NCBI GenBank assembly: GCA_002269645.1
Contig: NIVC01000019.1
Span: 248,001-312,000, forward strand
Reading direction: 5' to 3'
Length of the DNA: 64,000 nt
Source: Macrostomum lignano
Lineage: Eukaryota
Positions 39,301 through 58,598 of the stretch are shown here, one piece after another; the stretch's first letter is position 1, and each line of letters begins with the position of its first letter. Both the position numbers and the translations under genes were made by a program. Under the pieces are notes generated by a model. That model was given only the letters and a program-made list of their open reading frames with translations. It was not told the origin of the DNA and searched no databases.

Positions 39301-42300
39301 ACCCCGTGTGTTTGGCGGGGAGTCAGACGCTTCAAATCAGACCCTTAAGAAGTGGTCCAAGCGCGTTTGACTGCTTCAAATTGACTGACGAGCCTAATCT
39401 TGACACTGAATTAACCCTAACCAAATAATACAACAAACCTAGTCTCCCCCAAGAAGGCCTTGAATCCGGCATCCCTTGGTTTTACACTCATCTTTTTAAA
39501 GAACCATGTGTACTTGTTACGATATTTTCTAGTTTCTGTCCATGAGGCCGCTCCGTTCAACAGCTGTTTCCTCTCAAGATACCTTTCCATCCAACCAAAC
39601 TCATGGTGCACTAAATTCAAACGCCTTGCAGTTCAGCCGCCTGGAAACTCTGCCGCCAATCCTCACCCTGTCGCTGATGCGCTTCAACTACGATTTGAAC
39701 CGGATGCAGCGGGTGAAGAACCAGGCAAAATTCACCTTCCCCGAGCAGCTGGACCTGCGGCCCTACGTGACCTCCGAGACGGCGGCGGCAGCTGCAGCGG
39801 CGGCGAACGCGACGGAGGGCAAACGGCACCGTGGCGGCGGCGGCGAGCTGCAGTACGAGCTGTACGCTGTCATCTCCCACTGCGGCTCGGCGATGGGCGG
39901 CCACTACAGGGCTTTCGTGCTCGACTTGGAGAGGCGCGGCATTGGGCAGCTTCAGCAGCAGCAGCAGATCCCGCTGCTCCAGCGCAGCCTGGTGGCTTCC
40001 TCTCCGGACAGCGATGCCGGAGTAGACAGCACCACTGCACCTGCAGTGCACCGGGTTGGATCCAACGGGTTCGTGAATGAAGGGCGTCTGTGGGGGAAGG
40101 GCGATATAGGGGTTAGAAGGCGATATAGTAGCCGATAGTAGCACTGATAGTAGTACCGATGCTACTACTGATAGTAGTACCGATGCTACTACTGATAGTA
40201 GTACCGATGCTACTACTGATAGTAGTACCGATGTTACTACTGATAGTAGTAACTGATAGTAGTTTCGATAGTAGTACGAATTCGTAGTAATAATTAGCAC
40301 ACGTGCATGTACTACTATAGAAACCCCACTCTGGTTACGGAAAAATTCCAGCAATCTGCTTGGAGGCCAAGGCTCAGCCTCCGGCACGATGCCCAAGCAG
40401 CAGCACAGCCGCTCTGCCAGCAGCGGCAGCGGCGTCAGTCGCAACGGCAAACAGCAGCAGCAGCAGCGCCAGTGGTTCGCTTTCAGCGACACTCATGTGC
40501 GCCAGGTGCAGGAGAGTGTTCTCAAAGAGCAGTTCGCCGGGCACGAGTGCGCCTACATGCTGTTCTACCGGCGAACGTCGTCGGCGGCAGCGGCTGCAGC
40601 GGCCGCCGCGACAGCCTCGACCAACTCCACGGCGGGAAGCTCGGCGAGCTCGGAGATCCCCGGCTGGCTGATCAAGTCGGTGCTGGCCGAGAACGAGAGC
40701 ATCAGGCAGCGCCGGGAAGAGTACGAGGCCGCTGCCAACACCGCCAGCTTCGACGTCTTCGGGGAGGCGGCTTTTCGTCTGGACGAGGATTTGCTGATCT
40801 GGGAACGGCTGCTGCAGGCTGAGCAGCCGCCAGAGCCCCGGGAGCAACCAGTGGAGATGCCGCCGTCCGGTAACGTCAGCATCGACTGCCGATTGCCCGT
40901 GGCCGAGCTGCTGCGGCAGGTTGAGGGAGTCATGGTGAGGCTCCTGACCGCGCCCATGAATTCGACCCCTGGATCCGCCCCCTGGATCCGCCCCCTGGAT
41001 CCGCCCCTGGATCCACCCCTGGATCCACCCCCTGGATCCGCCCCCTGGATCCGCCCCTGGATCCGCCCCTGGATCCACCCCTGGATCCACCCCTGGATCC
41101 GCCCCCTGGATCCGCCCCTGCATCCGCCCCCCTGGATCCACACCCTGGATTTGCCCACTGAATCCGCTCATTGGATCCCCCCCTGGGTTCGCTCCTAGAT
41201 CCGCTCCTAGATCCGCTCCTAGATCCGCTCCTAGATCCGCTCCTAGATCCGCTCCTAGATCCACTCCTAGATTCGCTCCTAGATCCACTCCTAGATCCAC
41301 TCCTAGATCCACTCCTAGATCCACTCCTAGATCCACTCCTAGATCCGCTCCTAGATCCGCTCCTAGATCCACTCCTAGATCCGCTCCTAGATCCACTCCT
41401 AGATCCACTCCTAGATCCGCTCCTAGATCCGCTCCTAGATCCGCTCCTAGATCCACTCCTAGATCCACTCCTAGATCCGCTCCTAGATCCGCTCCTAGTC
41501 CTAGATCCACTCGTAGATCCGCTCCTAGATCCGCTCCTAGATCCGCTCCTAGATCCGCTCCTAGATCCGCTTCTCCACTCCTGGATCCGCTCCTGGATCC
41601 GCTCCTAGATCCGCTCCTAGATCCGACCACAGCACGTGCATCAAATATGCCATCCACAACCCGCCAGAGGCCCCACATGGACACAGTGGCCGCCGTCCTC
41701 CTTCTGGAGTACACCAACTGCGGTTACTACTGCCTGGCCAAGCTGTCTGAGCTGTCAAACAGCTCAGTGCCAATCAGATCTGCTTATCAGCTGGGATCGC
41801 CTCATAATCCTGTTGTACTACTGTGTCTCAGTAGTCCGGTGAGTCTTCTTCTACTCGTAACTTTTTTTTAGTTACTTGAATCAATATTCTTATCCGTTAA
41901 AATATTTACCAGCCGAACTCTAACTGGTCGCGCTTGAATCTCGCTCTTAACCTAATTTACTTTGATCTTAGCCAATCCCACCTTGATCTCAATCAATATT
42001 TACTTGATCTTTATGCATCTTACCTTGATCTTGATCCATCTCACCTTGATCTTAAACAGTCTCACCTTGATCTTAATCAGTCTCAGATTGATCTTAATCA
42101 GTCTCACCTTGATCTTAATCAGTCTCACCTTGATCTTAATCAGTCTCACCTTGATCTTAATCAGTCTCAGATTGATCTTAATCAGTCTCACCTTGATCTT
42201 AATCAGTCTCACCTTGATCTTAATCAGTCTCACCTTGATCTTGATCTTAATTAGTCTCACCTTGATCTTAATTAGTCTCACCTTGATCTTAATCAGTCTC

Positions 42301-45300
42301 ACCTTGATCTTAATTAGTCTCACCTTGATATTAATCAATCTCACCTTGATCTTAATCAGTCTCACCTTGATCTTAATCAGCAAACCAGCAAACCAGATCC
42401 AAAGCCTCCGCAACCCGCGCCACCGCAGCCGCCAAAGCTGCTGCTATTCGGCGAGGAGAACCGGCCGCTCCGCCTGACGTTGCGCCTCTTCAACCAGCCG
42501 CCGATGGAGCGCCCGTTCAGCCGGTCTACCAGCCTTCTTAACTGCCTGCGCTCGGCGCTCTTCCAGCCCCTGGCGCCGACGCCGGACAATCCGGACGCCG
42601 CCGAGTCGCCAATCGCGGCCAGGAAGCGCTTCAAAGCGGAGCTGGAGCGACTCGTCGTCTACCTGAAGCGGTCCAGCGTCTATTCGTCCTACCCGCTCAA
42701 CAAGAGCGACGAGATCGGGCGCGAACGGTTCAAGCGGAGCCTCGCCGAGCTGGGAATCCGCAACGGCGACGCCCTGGTAGTCCGACATAACGCCGAGGCT
42801 GCCTCACTGGACAGCCCCGATGGCGGCCGGCTGGAGGGCAACGGTAGCGGCGTCGTCAACGGCGGCACGAGAGGCCTCTCCATCGTTGATGTGATCTTCC
42901 ACCCGGTGAGGTTGCGGTCTTTGCTTCAAAGTTAATAAGTTAAATTAATTAAAGCTCGTATGCATATTGAATATCCATTCGATTCAACCTAGAAGCTTTT
43001 GTGCCCTTAAGTTGGGACTGACATTGTGGTGTTTACCTCAGACTATCTTATTTCGTGAAGCTTCGATCGTTTCTCTCTGAGTCGCGTCTAACTTGGACCC
43101 CAGCGGCCACCAATAGCATCAAGTTTTCCCCACTGTAAACGCATTCTACCCGCCCATTCGCCATTCATTCGTTCAGGAGGACAACCTGCCGGACAAGCAT
43201 CTCACCGTGGAAGTGAAATTCGACAATGTGAGTACCTGACGCTGAGTAGATCAATCTCGTGACATGAGTTATGTAAGCCCATGCTAACTACGAAAACTCT
43301 GCTTGCTTGATGAACAGACCCTGGGCGAGCTCAAGGCCGCAGCGGTGGACCTGCTCAGCAAAGAGCAGCCCGGCTCGGACGCTGGCAGAGGCGGTTACAG
43401 CGGCTACCGGTTACTTGTCTACAGCGACCAGCTGGCCAGCTACTGCCCGGGTATGAGAACAAGATGTTGCTTTGTCGGGGTCACAGTGGTGCACAGACTT
43501 ATGTAGTTAGTTCTCAGGAATTCTAGTTAGTTGGGGCATCGCTGCAAGTCAAGGGGGGAGCAGTAATTCCCGTTCCACTGACTCCCTAGCATGCACACGG
43601 ATATGTACACAAGCGCACCCACACACAGGGTATCGGAGTGTACATCGACCCTGACTTTTTCATCGTCAGGCATGTACATTAGAATCGCACAACGCACGAC
43701 AATGCAAAACTAATGCAACCGCACTGTCGGTAACCCTCCCCTTAATTTCTCAAGAGTACGAGAGCGCTCTGTGCCAGTCGCTGCGCTACAACACCAGGCC
43801 GGTGCGCCTGGAGCAGCTGCCAGCCTTCGCCGACAACCAGATCTTCGTGCGAGTCTGCCTGATGGACAACTGGCCAGTGCTGCCGCAGCAGAACCACCAG
43901 CAGCAATATCAGCAGTCTGCGGCAGTCGAACTAGTTGTGGACGGCGGTCTCGCCACCACTGATCTGCGCCGACTCGCCGCGTCGTACCTGGTCAGCCCGG
44001 AGCTGGTCGATGAGCACCACTTGCGCTTCTACTCGGCCGGCCGGGCGCTGGACGAAATCAAAGAGGGCAACAGCCTGGCGCACAGCCGCGTCCGGCACCG
44101 GGCGAGCCTCTGTCTGGTGCCCGAGGAGCCGCTCCGGCTCGGCCAGCTGCGCCTGCGCGTCTTCGAGCGACTGCCGTTCGGGCCCGACTGGCAGACGCTG
44201 CTGACAGAGCACCCGGACCGGCAGTTCCCGCGCCGCTGCAACCTGGCGGTAGACGAAGCCGGTGGCGGCCAGTTGGACACGCTTCAACAGGCCCTGGCCA
44301 GGTGGCTGGAGCAGTCTCAACCTGGCGAGCGGCGTCAGATGCGGCTGTACAGCTTCCGGCCGGCTGAGAGCCGCCTGACTGCGCCGCTGCACAAGTTCGT
44401 GGCTTCGGGGGTTGACCTCTGATTTGACCTAATTTGCCCCCGTTTAGCAGAGGCACTAAATAAATGAACAAAGTTATTTTAGAAAAAAATTTAAGGATTA
44501 AGTTAAGGATAGAAATACTGGCGGTAATCCCCGATATCAGCTTCCCCTGTTTGAGCTTCGGGCTTCCCAGCAACTCACCCGACGGCCTCAGAAACTCACT
44601 CTTGAGGCATAGCGTTAACAGTTTACCCTAATCCTAACCCTAACTCTCCACTTGAGCCTTGGTATCTTAGCAATGACGTTTAGCTACCTAATCTCTCACT
44701 ATTACCTACAAGTACGTACCAACCCATTGACCTATCTACGAGCTCGTTCTTTGACCAGTAAGTGCTCAGGTTAGAGTTTAGATACTTCGAGGCTACTCAT
44801 CTAGTTGCTGTGCAACCCCGGCCGCACCGATACTCCTCTAACCTCCCAGGTACAGCAATATTCGGCCTCTGGCCGACCCCGGCTGCGCCGTGGCCTATGA
44901 GCTGCGACCTAGTGGCTCGATGGAGCCACCGCCGACCTCCCAGCCCGGTGGTCTGCGGATGCTGCTTTACCTGACGGTGAAGCCGCAGCAGGACCAGCAG
45001 GCCGACTACCCGCCGCCTGAGGAGTTCTGGTGGGACTGCACCTCCGCCAGCGGTGACGGCGACGGAGCAGCGGGCCTTCATCGCCAGGTTTGCGCTGCCG
45101 GCTCACTGACGACGCAGGATCCTGGGGAGTCCTAAGGGGACGTACAGACACTAAGACGGACACTTAAGACGGACACTAAGACGAACACTAAGACACTAAG
45201 ACAGACACTAAGACACAAAGATAGACGCTGAGACGGACACTAAGATACTAAGATAGACAACTAAGACAGACACTAAGACAGACACTAAGACACAAAGATA

Positions 45301-46101
45301 GACGCTGAGACGGACACTAAGATACTAAGATAGACAACTAAGACAGACACTAAGACAGACACTGAGACAGACACTAAAACAGACACTAAGACGGACACTA
45401 AGACAGACAATAAGACACTAAGATAGACACTAATACGGACACTAAGACGGCCACTAAGACACTGAGACAGACACTAAGACAGACACTAAGACGGAAACTA
45501 AGACAGACACTAAGAGAGACACTAAGACGGACACTAAGACAGACAATAAGACAGACACTAAGACGGACACTAAGACACTAAGATGGACACTAAAAAAGAC
45601 ACTAAGACGGACACTAATACGCTAAGACACACACTGAGACAGATTGCTCCTCAACATCGTCAGGTCGCTCGCCATCTCGGCTGGCCGGCTGCCGAGGTCC
45701 GCCTGGCGAAGCGGCTGCACCACAGCTGCACCTGGTGGCCACTTCCGACCACGGCGGCCTCTCTGCGACGTGGCGCTGACCTGCGCGATTTTGACGTCCT
45801 CGGCTGCATGCGGGCCAGCACGGCGGGCAGCAGCGGCCTCGACCGATTCGAGAGCCCCGCTGACCTGCGGCTGCTGGCCGAACGAGGCGGAGGCGGCGGC
45901 GCGGGATTCGGCGCGGCCTCCCCTTCGGGCGCTGTTGGACCGGCGGCCGGCTGGGGAGCCGCCAGCCAGGAGCGCGGGTTGGTTATCAACGTGCCGAAGT
46001 ACGGCACCGCAGGCGGCGGTGGCGGTAGCGGTGGCAGCGGCGGTAAAGAGCGGCCGACAAGCATCGACCGGGGCATCGGCGCAGCAGAAGGTTCTGACTG
46101 A
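36333..46101 (+). CDS. USP40: Ubiquitin-specific protease, USP40-like, 13 exons
   Basis: Exons 36333-36728, 37233-37379, 37913-38071, 38269-38493, 39632-40068, 40352-40934, 41668-41838, 42381-42905, 43177-43227, 43318-43450, 43755-44394, 44850-45087, 45664-46101. Phases are consistent; the 5' end and exon 7 acceptor are less certain. Cys box GLENQGATCYLNS, ISPEQLG~LGPEELG, SFGW..QHDVQEL, His box YAVISHCGSAMGGHY, WFAFSD, and C-terminal ERGLVINV~ETSLSIHV. Confidence 0.82.
36838..37120. repeat. 29-bp minisatellite, USP40 intron 1
   Basis: Unit aagatcaaggtcataaaaatgggg(g/a)agcc. Confidence 0.93.
37385..37725. repeat. 19-bp minisatellite starting right after the USP40 exon 2 donor
   Basis: Unit ctaggaactcagtggcttt. 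Confidence 0.95.
40130..40270. repeat. 24-bp minisatellite, USP40 intron 5
   Basis: Unit atgctactactgatagtagtaccg. Confidence 0.85.
40965..41625. repeat. Two adjacent related 12-13-bp arrays, USP40 intron 6
   Basis: cccctggatccg (40965-41150) then ctcctagatcc(g/a) (41195-41625). Confidence 0.93.
42015..42380. repeat. 21-bp minisatellite whose last unit is the USP40 exon 8 acceptor
   Basis: Unit tctcaccttgatcttaatcag. The final ...ttaatcag at 42380 precedes in-frame CAA ACC AGC. Confidence 0.93.
43530..43682 (-). mobile_element. Diverged internal SINE fragment
   Basis: ccactgactccct..gagtgtacatcgaccctgac..gtcaggcatgtaca resembles the SINE body. Confidence 0.55.
45135..45642. repeat. ~12-bp minisatellite, USP40 intron 12
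   Basis: Unit agac(a/g)gacacta. Confidence 0.9.
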
Positions 46102-46964
46102 GCTCGGTACAAAGACCGCTGATGCTCAAATTAAACGAATGAAACACTTCAGATCTTATGGGAATCTATTTAAAATTTCGATGTCGTTTCGAAACGCCTT
46201 AATGATGTAGGCTATTTTCAGGGGTTTAAGCACAATATTAGCGATTTCTTACCTTCTTTATACTTTTAAGATCACTTTAAAGCTATTACAATATGATTTG
46301 GTAAATTAAAAAAGATTGACAAAGAAAATAGCAAAGTTTGAAACGAAAATTAGACCATAATAACTAATCAATTAGGCCCATTGGGATCTGTTTTGTTCGA
46401 CGTTCTCAGTCATCAATGTCGCGAAATTCAGGAATGTTCCAACAATTGAGGTCAGTTCATCTCGCACTGCTGTTTATTCCAGAATTGGCTAAAATTCTGT
46501 CTGACACTGTCGCCCATACAATTAAGCGAATTTCCGAACCTTTCACGATCCAATCCACGATCCGTTGTTCGAGTTAACGTGTCGAAAGCATGTATTTCCC
46601 ATTTGTGATACTTTTTAAACTTTTTGTATCAATCATTTACTTTACCATCATAAAATTTGTTTGAAATATCGAGATATTTTAAAATATAGATAAATAATTT
46701 TACTTGTTTGCCCAAATCCTAACAGTATCGCCATGCAAAAAAATCTCTGCTGGTTGGAAGTTGAAATATTTTTTCATGTCAAGTCATTCTTAAGCTTCAC
46801 TTTTTATGCTTTCTACTTCTCAAGAGAAGAGTGTTTTTTGATAAAATATAACTGCCTACTGAGATTTGTTGAATACATTTCGCAAAAGCAACCGCTTGGT
46901 CATTATTTATTAGAACCCAACAACCTGGCTTCCAATCCACGTCTTCTCAATGTCTTCTCCTACT

Positions 46965-47232
46965 GACATCTTCCTACTGACGTCTTTCTATTGACGTCTT
47001 TTTACTGACGTCTTTTTACTGACGTCTTCCTACTGACGTCTTCCTACTGACGTCTTCCTACTGACGTCTTCCTACTGACGTCTTCCTACTGACGTCTTCC
47101 TACTGACGTCTTCCTACTGACGTCTTCCTACTGACGTCTTCCTACTGACGTCTTCCTACTGACGTCTTCCTACTGACGTCTTCCTACTGACGTCTTTCTA
47201 TTGACGTCTTCTTACCGACGTCTAACCACTGA
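46965..47232. repeat. 14-bp minisatellite between the convergent USP40 and Amt 3' ends
   Basis: Unit tcttcctactgacg. Confidence 0.93.
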
Positions 47233-47612
47233 CTTCTTCCTATTCTGACCTTTTGCTAACAAACCTCTTACCACTAGTAAATGTGTCAGTATCGACACCT
47301 TTTAATCAACATCCTCTCGTCAACTTTTCAATGAATATTTTTGCAAGCAAAACTTCACTCTCCTCAATTTTGTACAATAGTTATAAATATTTCTAATTTC
47401 TTTTATTTTTATACGACTTCAGTTCTTGAGGTGCCGGGTCGCTAAAGTCCTGCGATATTGAACTTTTTTTCTTTGAACAACATAAAACAGATTTTAGATA
47501 TTTTTGCAAGACAAAAACAAACGATGCATAAGACAAGCATATTTATGATATTTAATCATTCAGCAATGGTTAAAATTTTCCTTGATCAATCTCCGGACGC
47601 CCGAAGCAGCAA

Positions 47613-54655
<7,043 letters not shown>

Positions 54656-55742
54656 GCGGATGCTCAGCTCAACGGTTGCTCCTGCGCGAGCAACTTTAAA
54701 GAACGATGGCTAATTGTGACTGTCCCAATGGTGACTACCTTTTGGAAGATAATTAGCGCCAAACGGCTTCCATTACGGAAGCAGAAGAGCAAAAATCGAC
54801 AACCTGCGTGCCCCAGCCGGGCTGACGGCTTTTCATTTGACCGGGCATCTCGGCTCCGATCCCCCTGTGAGCCCCCGAAAGTGAGCTGCATGCTCCACAT
54901 TCTCTCCACCCGCAGCCTTGCTCCAATTAGACAGATTCTGCCCCCTGAGCTCTCGAGATGAAACATGGGAGGGGCAGGTAGACTAGCCAATGAACTGTAG
55001 ACAGACAGGTAGGTAATCGCTCACTGAACGCTCCATGCCTCCTGCACTAGCTACTTGTCGCCGATTCTGCCATAAGACGCCACAGTCGTGTAAATACACG
55101 CGTGCTGGTGGACATCTTAGGTCATGCCTGGAACTCAGCGGTGCGGTCAGCCTCATCTTCACCAAGTTTGGGCGGGGTACCACAGCATTCCTTCCCCATA
55201 GCAGTGCGTTGCGCTCGTATGCAGTCGTCGTGTTTTCCTTTTTTGCTTTTGTTGAGATCGCCTTTCTTTATTTGGAACATTTTTGGACAGAGTGGCGGGC
55301 AGGCACTCAACGTGTCTCATTTTAGCTGCCTGTCACACGGAGTGAGGGACGTGGCCGGATTAGGGAGAGGGATGGGGAAGGTTAAACTAAAGAAGCTGCT
55401 CTCCCACAAAGCTTAGAAATGCAGTTTGCGCTCAATAAGCTGCATGTGCAGATGCACTCTATCATTTCTTATTGGAAATAGCTCTTCACAAAACCTCAAC
55501 ACTGCGATTAGTGCTCCAATGGGCCAAGTGAGATTTCGGCTCTCCCATGTGTTTTTACGACTCAGTTGCGTGAAATTATGAATGGGGCAGAGAGGTCAGG
55601 GGGCACATTGTGCGGAGTAATAAATGCAGGAAAATAGCTATATAAGTTTCAATGTTTTCACACCTTTTGTCATCTTTTTTCTCAAGCTTTTGAGGTCGTA
55701 AAAACCCGAGCAGGCTCTCACTGATAAAGAGGCTGGACGCAG

Positions 55743-56240
55743 ATGCAGCAGCAGAGCCAGCATCAGGCAGCCCGCACAGCCGCCAGTACCTTGGCGAAGA
55801 TGCTGGCCAGAAATCGCAGTCTGCAGCGCTCCAAGGACCTGCTGATTGCCGACATTCAAAGCAGGGCCAAGCGGGAGAAGCAGCTCTGCCATCAGCGAAT
55901 GGCTGACCTGCTGTTCGACTGGGCGGAGCTCCTGACGATCACACCCGCGGTCGACGACTGGTTACTCGCTCGCGGCGTCCAGCCACGGAAGGAGGTGGCA
56001 ACGGCAGCGCCAGCAGCCGGAAAACGACGAGCCGAGGCAACTTCGAGGGCCGCCGCCGCCGCCGCTTCCACCAAAGATTTCGAATCGAAGGAAGCTCCAC
56101 CGCCTCAACGGCCTCGGGTACCGCTGAGCCCACTGCCGGAGCTGCCGGAGCTGCCGGAGCTGCCGGAGCTGCCGGAGGGCCCCGATGAGCCGTCGGAATT
56201 GTCGGGTCGCGGTCAGCTCGTCACCTTTCTACCTCGCTAA
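55743..56240 (+). CDS. Hypothetical protein (165 aa), predicted coiled-coil N-terminus, Pro/Glu-rich C-terminus
   Basis: Single GC-rich ORF with coding-like codon use, set in AT-rich flanks. No family recognised. Confidence 0.5.
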   Translation: MQQQSQHQAARTAASTLAKMLARNRSLQRSKDLLIADIQSRAKREKQLCHQRMADLLFDWAELLTITPAVDDWLLARGVQPRKEVATAAPAAGKRRAEATSRAAAAAASTKDFESKEAPPPQRPRVPLSPLPELPELPELPELPEGPDEPSELSGRGQLVTFLPR

Positions 56241-56467
56241 GGCCTGTTATGAGATTGCCTAAGTTATGAAAATTTGTCTTTTACTTTCCATATTTTGACA
56301 ATGGAGATAAAATTTCAAACGTAGGAATGATTTAGTATATGAAATATGAGCGCTCCTTTTACATAACCATTTGAAAAATATAGTATTTTTATCAAAATAA
56401 TATTTTGACTGAAAAAATCTCGAGATGTCAGTGATTAAATATTTTTATGATACTAGGACCAACACAA

Positions 56468-57250
56468 ACTACATACTCCGTTACACTGCACATACACTGC
56501 TACACTGTGCATACACCGCTACACTGTACATACACTGCTACACTGTGCATACACCGCTACACTGTACATACACTGCTACACTGTGCATACACCGCTACAC
56601 TGTACATACACTGCTACACTGTACATACACTGGCTACACTGTACATACACTACTGCTACACTGTACATACACTGGCTACACTGTACATACACTACTGCTA
56701 CACTGTACATACACTGCTACACTGTACATACACCCCTACACTGTACATACACTGCTACACTGTACATACACCGCTACACTGTACATACACCGCTACACTG
56801 TACATACACTACTGCTACACTGTACATACACTGCTACACTGTACATACACTGCTACACACTGTACATACACCGCTACACTGTACATACACTGCTACACAC
56901 TGTACATACACCGCTACACTGTACATACACTGCTACACTGTACATACACCGCTACACTGTACATACACTGCTACACTGTACATACACCGCTACACTGTAC
57001 ATACACTGCTACACTGTACATACACTGGCTACACTGTACATACACTACTGCTACACTGTACATACACTGCTACACTGTACATACACCGCTACACTGTACA
57101 TACACTGGCTACACTCTACATACACCGCTACACTCTACATACACCGCTACACTGTACATACACTGGCTACACTGTACATACACTGGCTACACTGTACATA
57201 CACTGGCTACACTGTACATACACCGCTACACTGTACATTCACTGCTACAC
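56468..57250. repeat. ~19-bp minisatellite
   Basis: Core gctacactgtacatacac(t/c). Confidence 0.93.
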
Positions 57251-58598
57251 CGAGTCAGTGAGTCAGTTTATCAGTTATATTAAGTATCGTGTTGAATTGA
57301 GAAGTGACGTTATTATCTCGAGACAAATAAGGGAGTTTTAAGCTACTCAGTAAGTAGTATATTGGTAATAAGACCAAATCACTCATAACAGCTCAAAATT
57401 TAGCAGGTCCTACCGTATTCATTATCGGTGTTTCAGTAGCATAACAGGATAAAATATTACCCAAAGCAAGCAGTGAAATGAGGCATATAGCTCATTATTG
57501 TTGAGCTATTTAAAAAGCTTTTATCCCTGAGAACACGCTCTGGGGAATAGAATTTTATTGAGAATACATGGCCAGAAGATTAGTCAACTTTTCAAGTAAA
57601 CGCATAGAGAGCAACCTGAAAAGCAGGTATTTTATTTCAGCCTCTCAGAGCACAGCGGGCGAGCATCTCTGCAGGGTAAATTATTTACCATTTTTACAGA
57701 GCAGCAACTCATGGAGGTGAATGAAGAGATTAAGGCTGTGGGCATCGCATGCAATACGGGTAGCATCAGGAGCCCCCTGAGGGAGGCGTGCTAAGATCAC
57801 GGAACGGTCACAGAGCTCTAATTGGGAGTGGAGCGTACACTCAGATCTTTATTCCTAGTCCAGATATCTAACATCAGGCGTCCTTGGCCTAGATGGGATT
57901 TCCGCCCTTTGTCCGTGAAAAAGAGTACATAAACCATTGTGTGCTGCCTAATCTCAAATGAACATTTTAAAATTGAATAGACTAGGATTCCAGCATCTCA
58001 GCTGCCTGTCGGCAATGCCTGAAAGACTAATTTGTTGACATTAGCAACGCAGGGTTGCAGAGTGATTGCAAATATGAGTAGTGCCCAACAGTTGACACAG
58101 CAGCTTCATGGTAAAAGAGGCGCTAGGGAAACCTAATTGACGCAAGTGAATGAAAATATCACAGCGAAGCAAGATTAGTTTGTCATGCCTCAAAGACTTA
58201 AGCAAACTGCAGTCGCTCGAAAAGAAACCAAATGTTTCTCTTTATCTTGTCAATATAATGCTTTGGTAATGCAGAGTCACAGAGAGGTATTCTGCTATAT
58301 TTACCATGAGTGCAAGGGAGAGAGGAGCAAAGGAGGCGCATCTCGCAAGGTGAGCGTTGGCGTCGCCATAGCGACAAAGTTTACTCTGCACGATAAAGCT
58401 TTCATTGTGCAGGCTGCATCGGTAATATTCTTTTCTGATTCAGACTGCTCACTCTGCCTTGCTTGCCTCCACCTCCATCTCTGCCCCCGCTGTGGCTGCT
58501 GCCATGGTGACAGTGGCTTCATCAATATAAATAAGACTAGGCATCGCATCGCATTTGCATCGGTAAATCATACTCACAAGCGACCGCGAAGCAGCACC

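Noticed and set aside
58185-58598. 138-aa N-terminal extension of the SSUH2-like ORF
   Set aside because: It is AT-rich with non-coding codon use. The ATG at 58599 has good context (gcaccATGg) and marks the GC shift.
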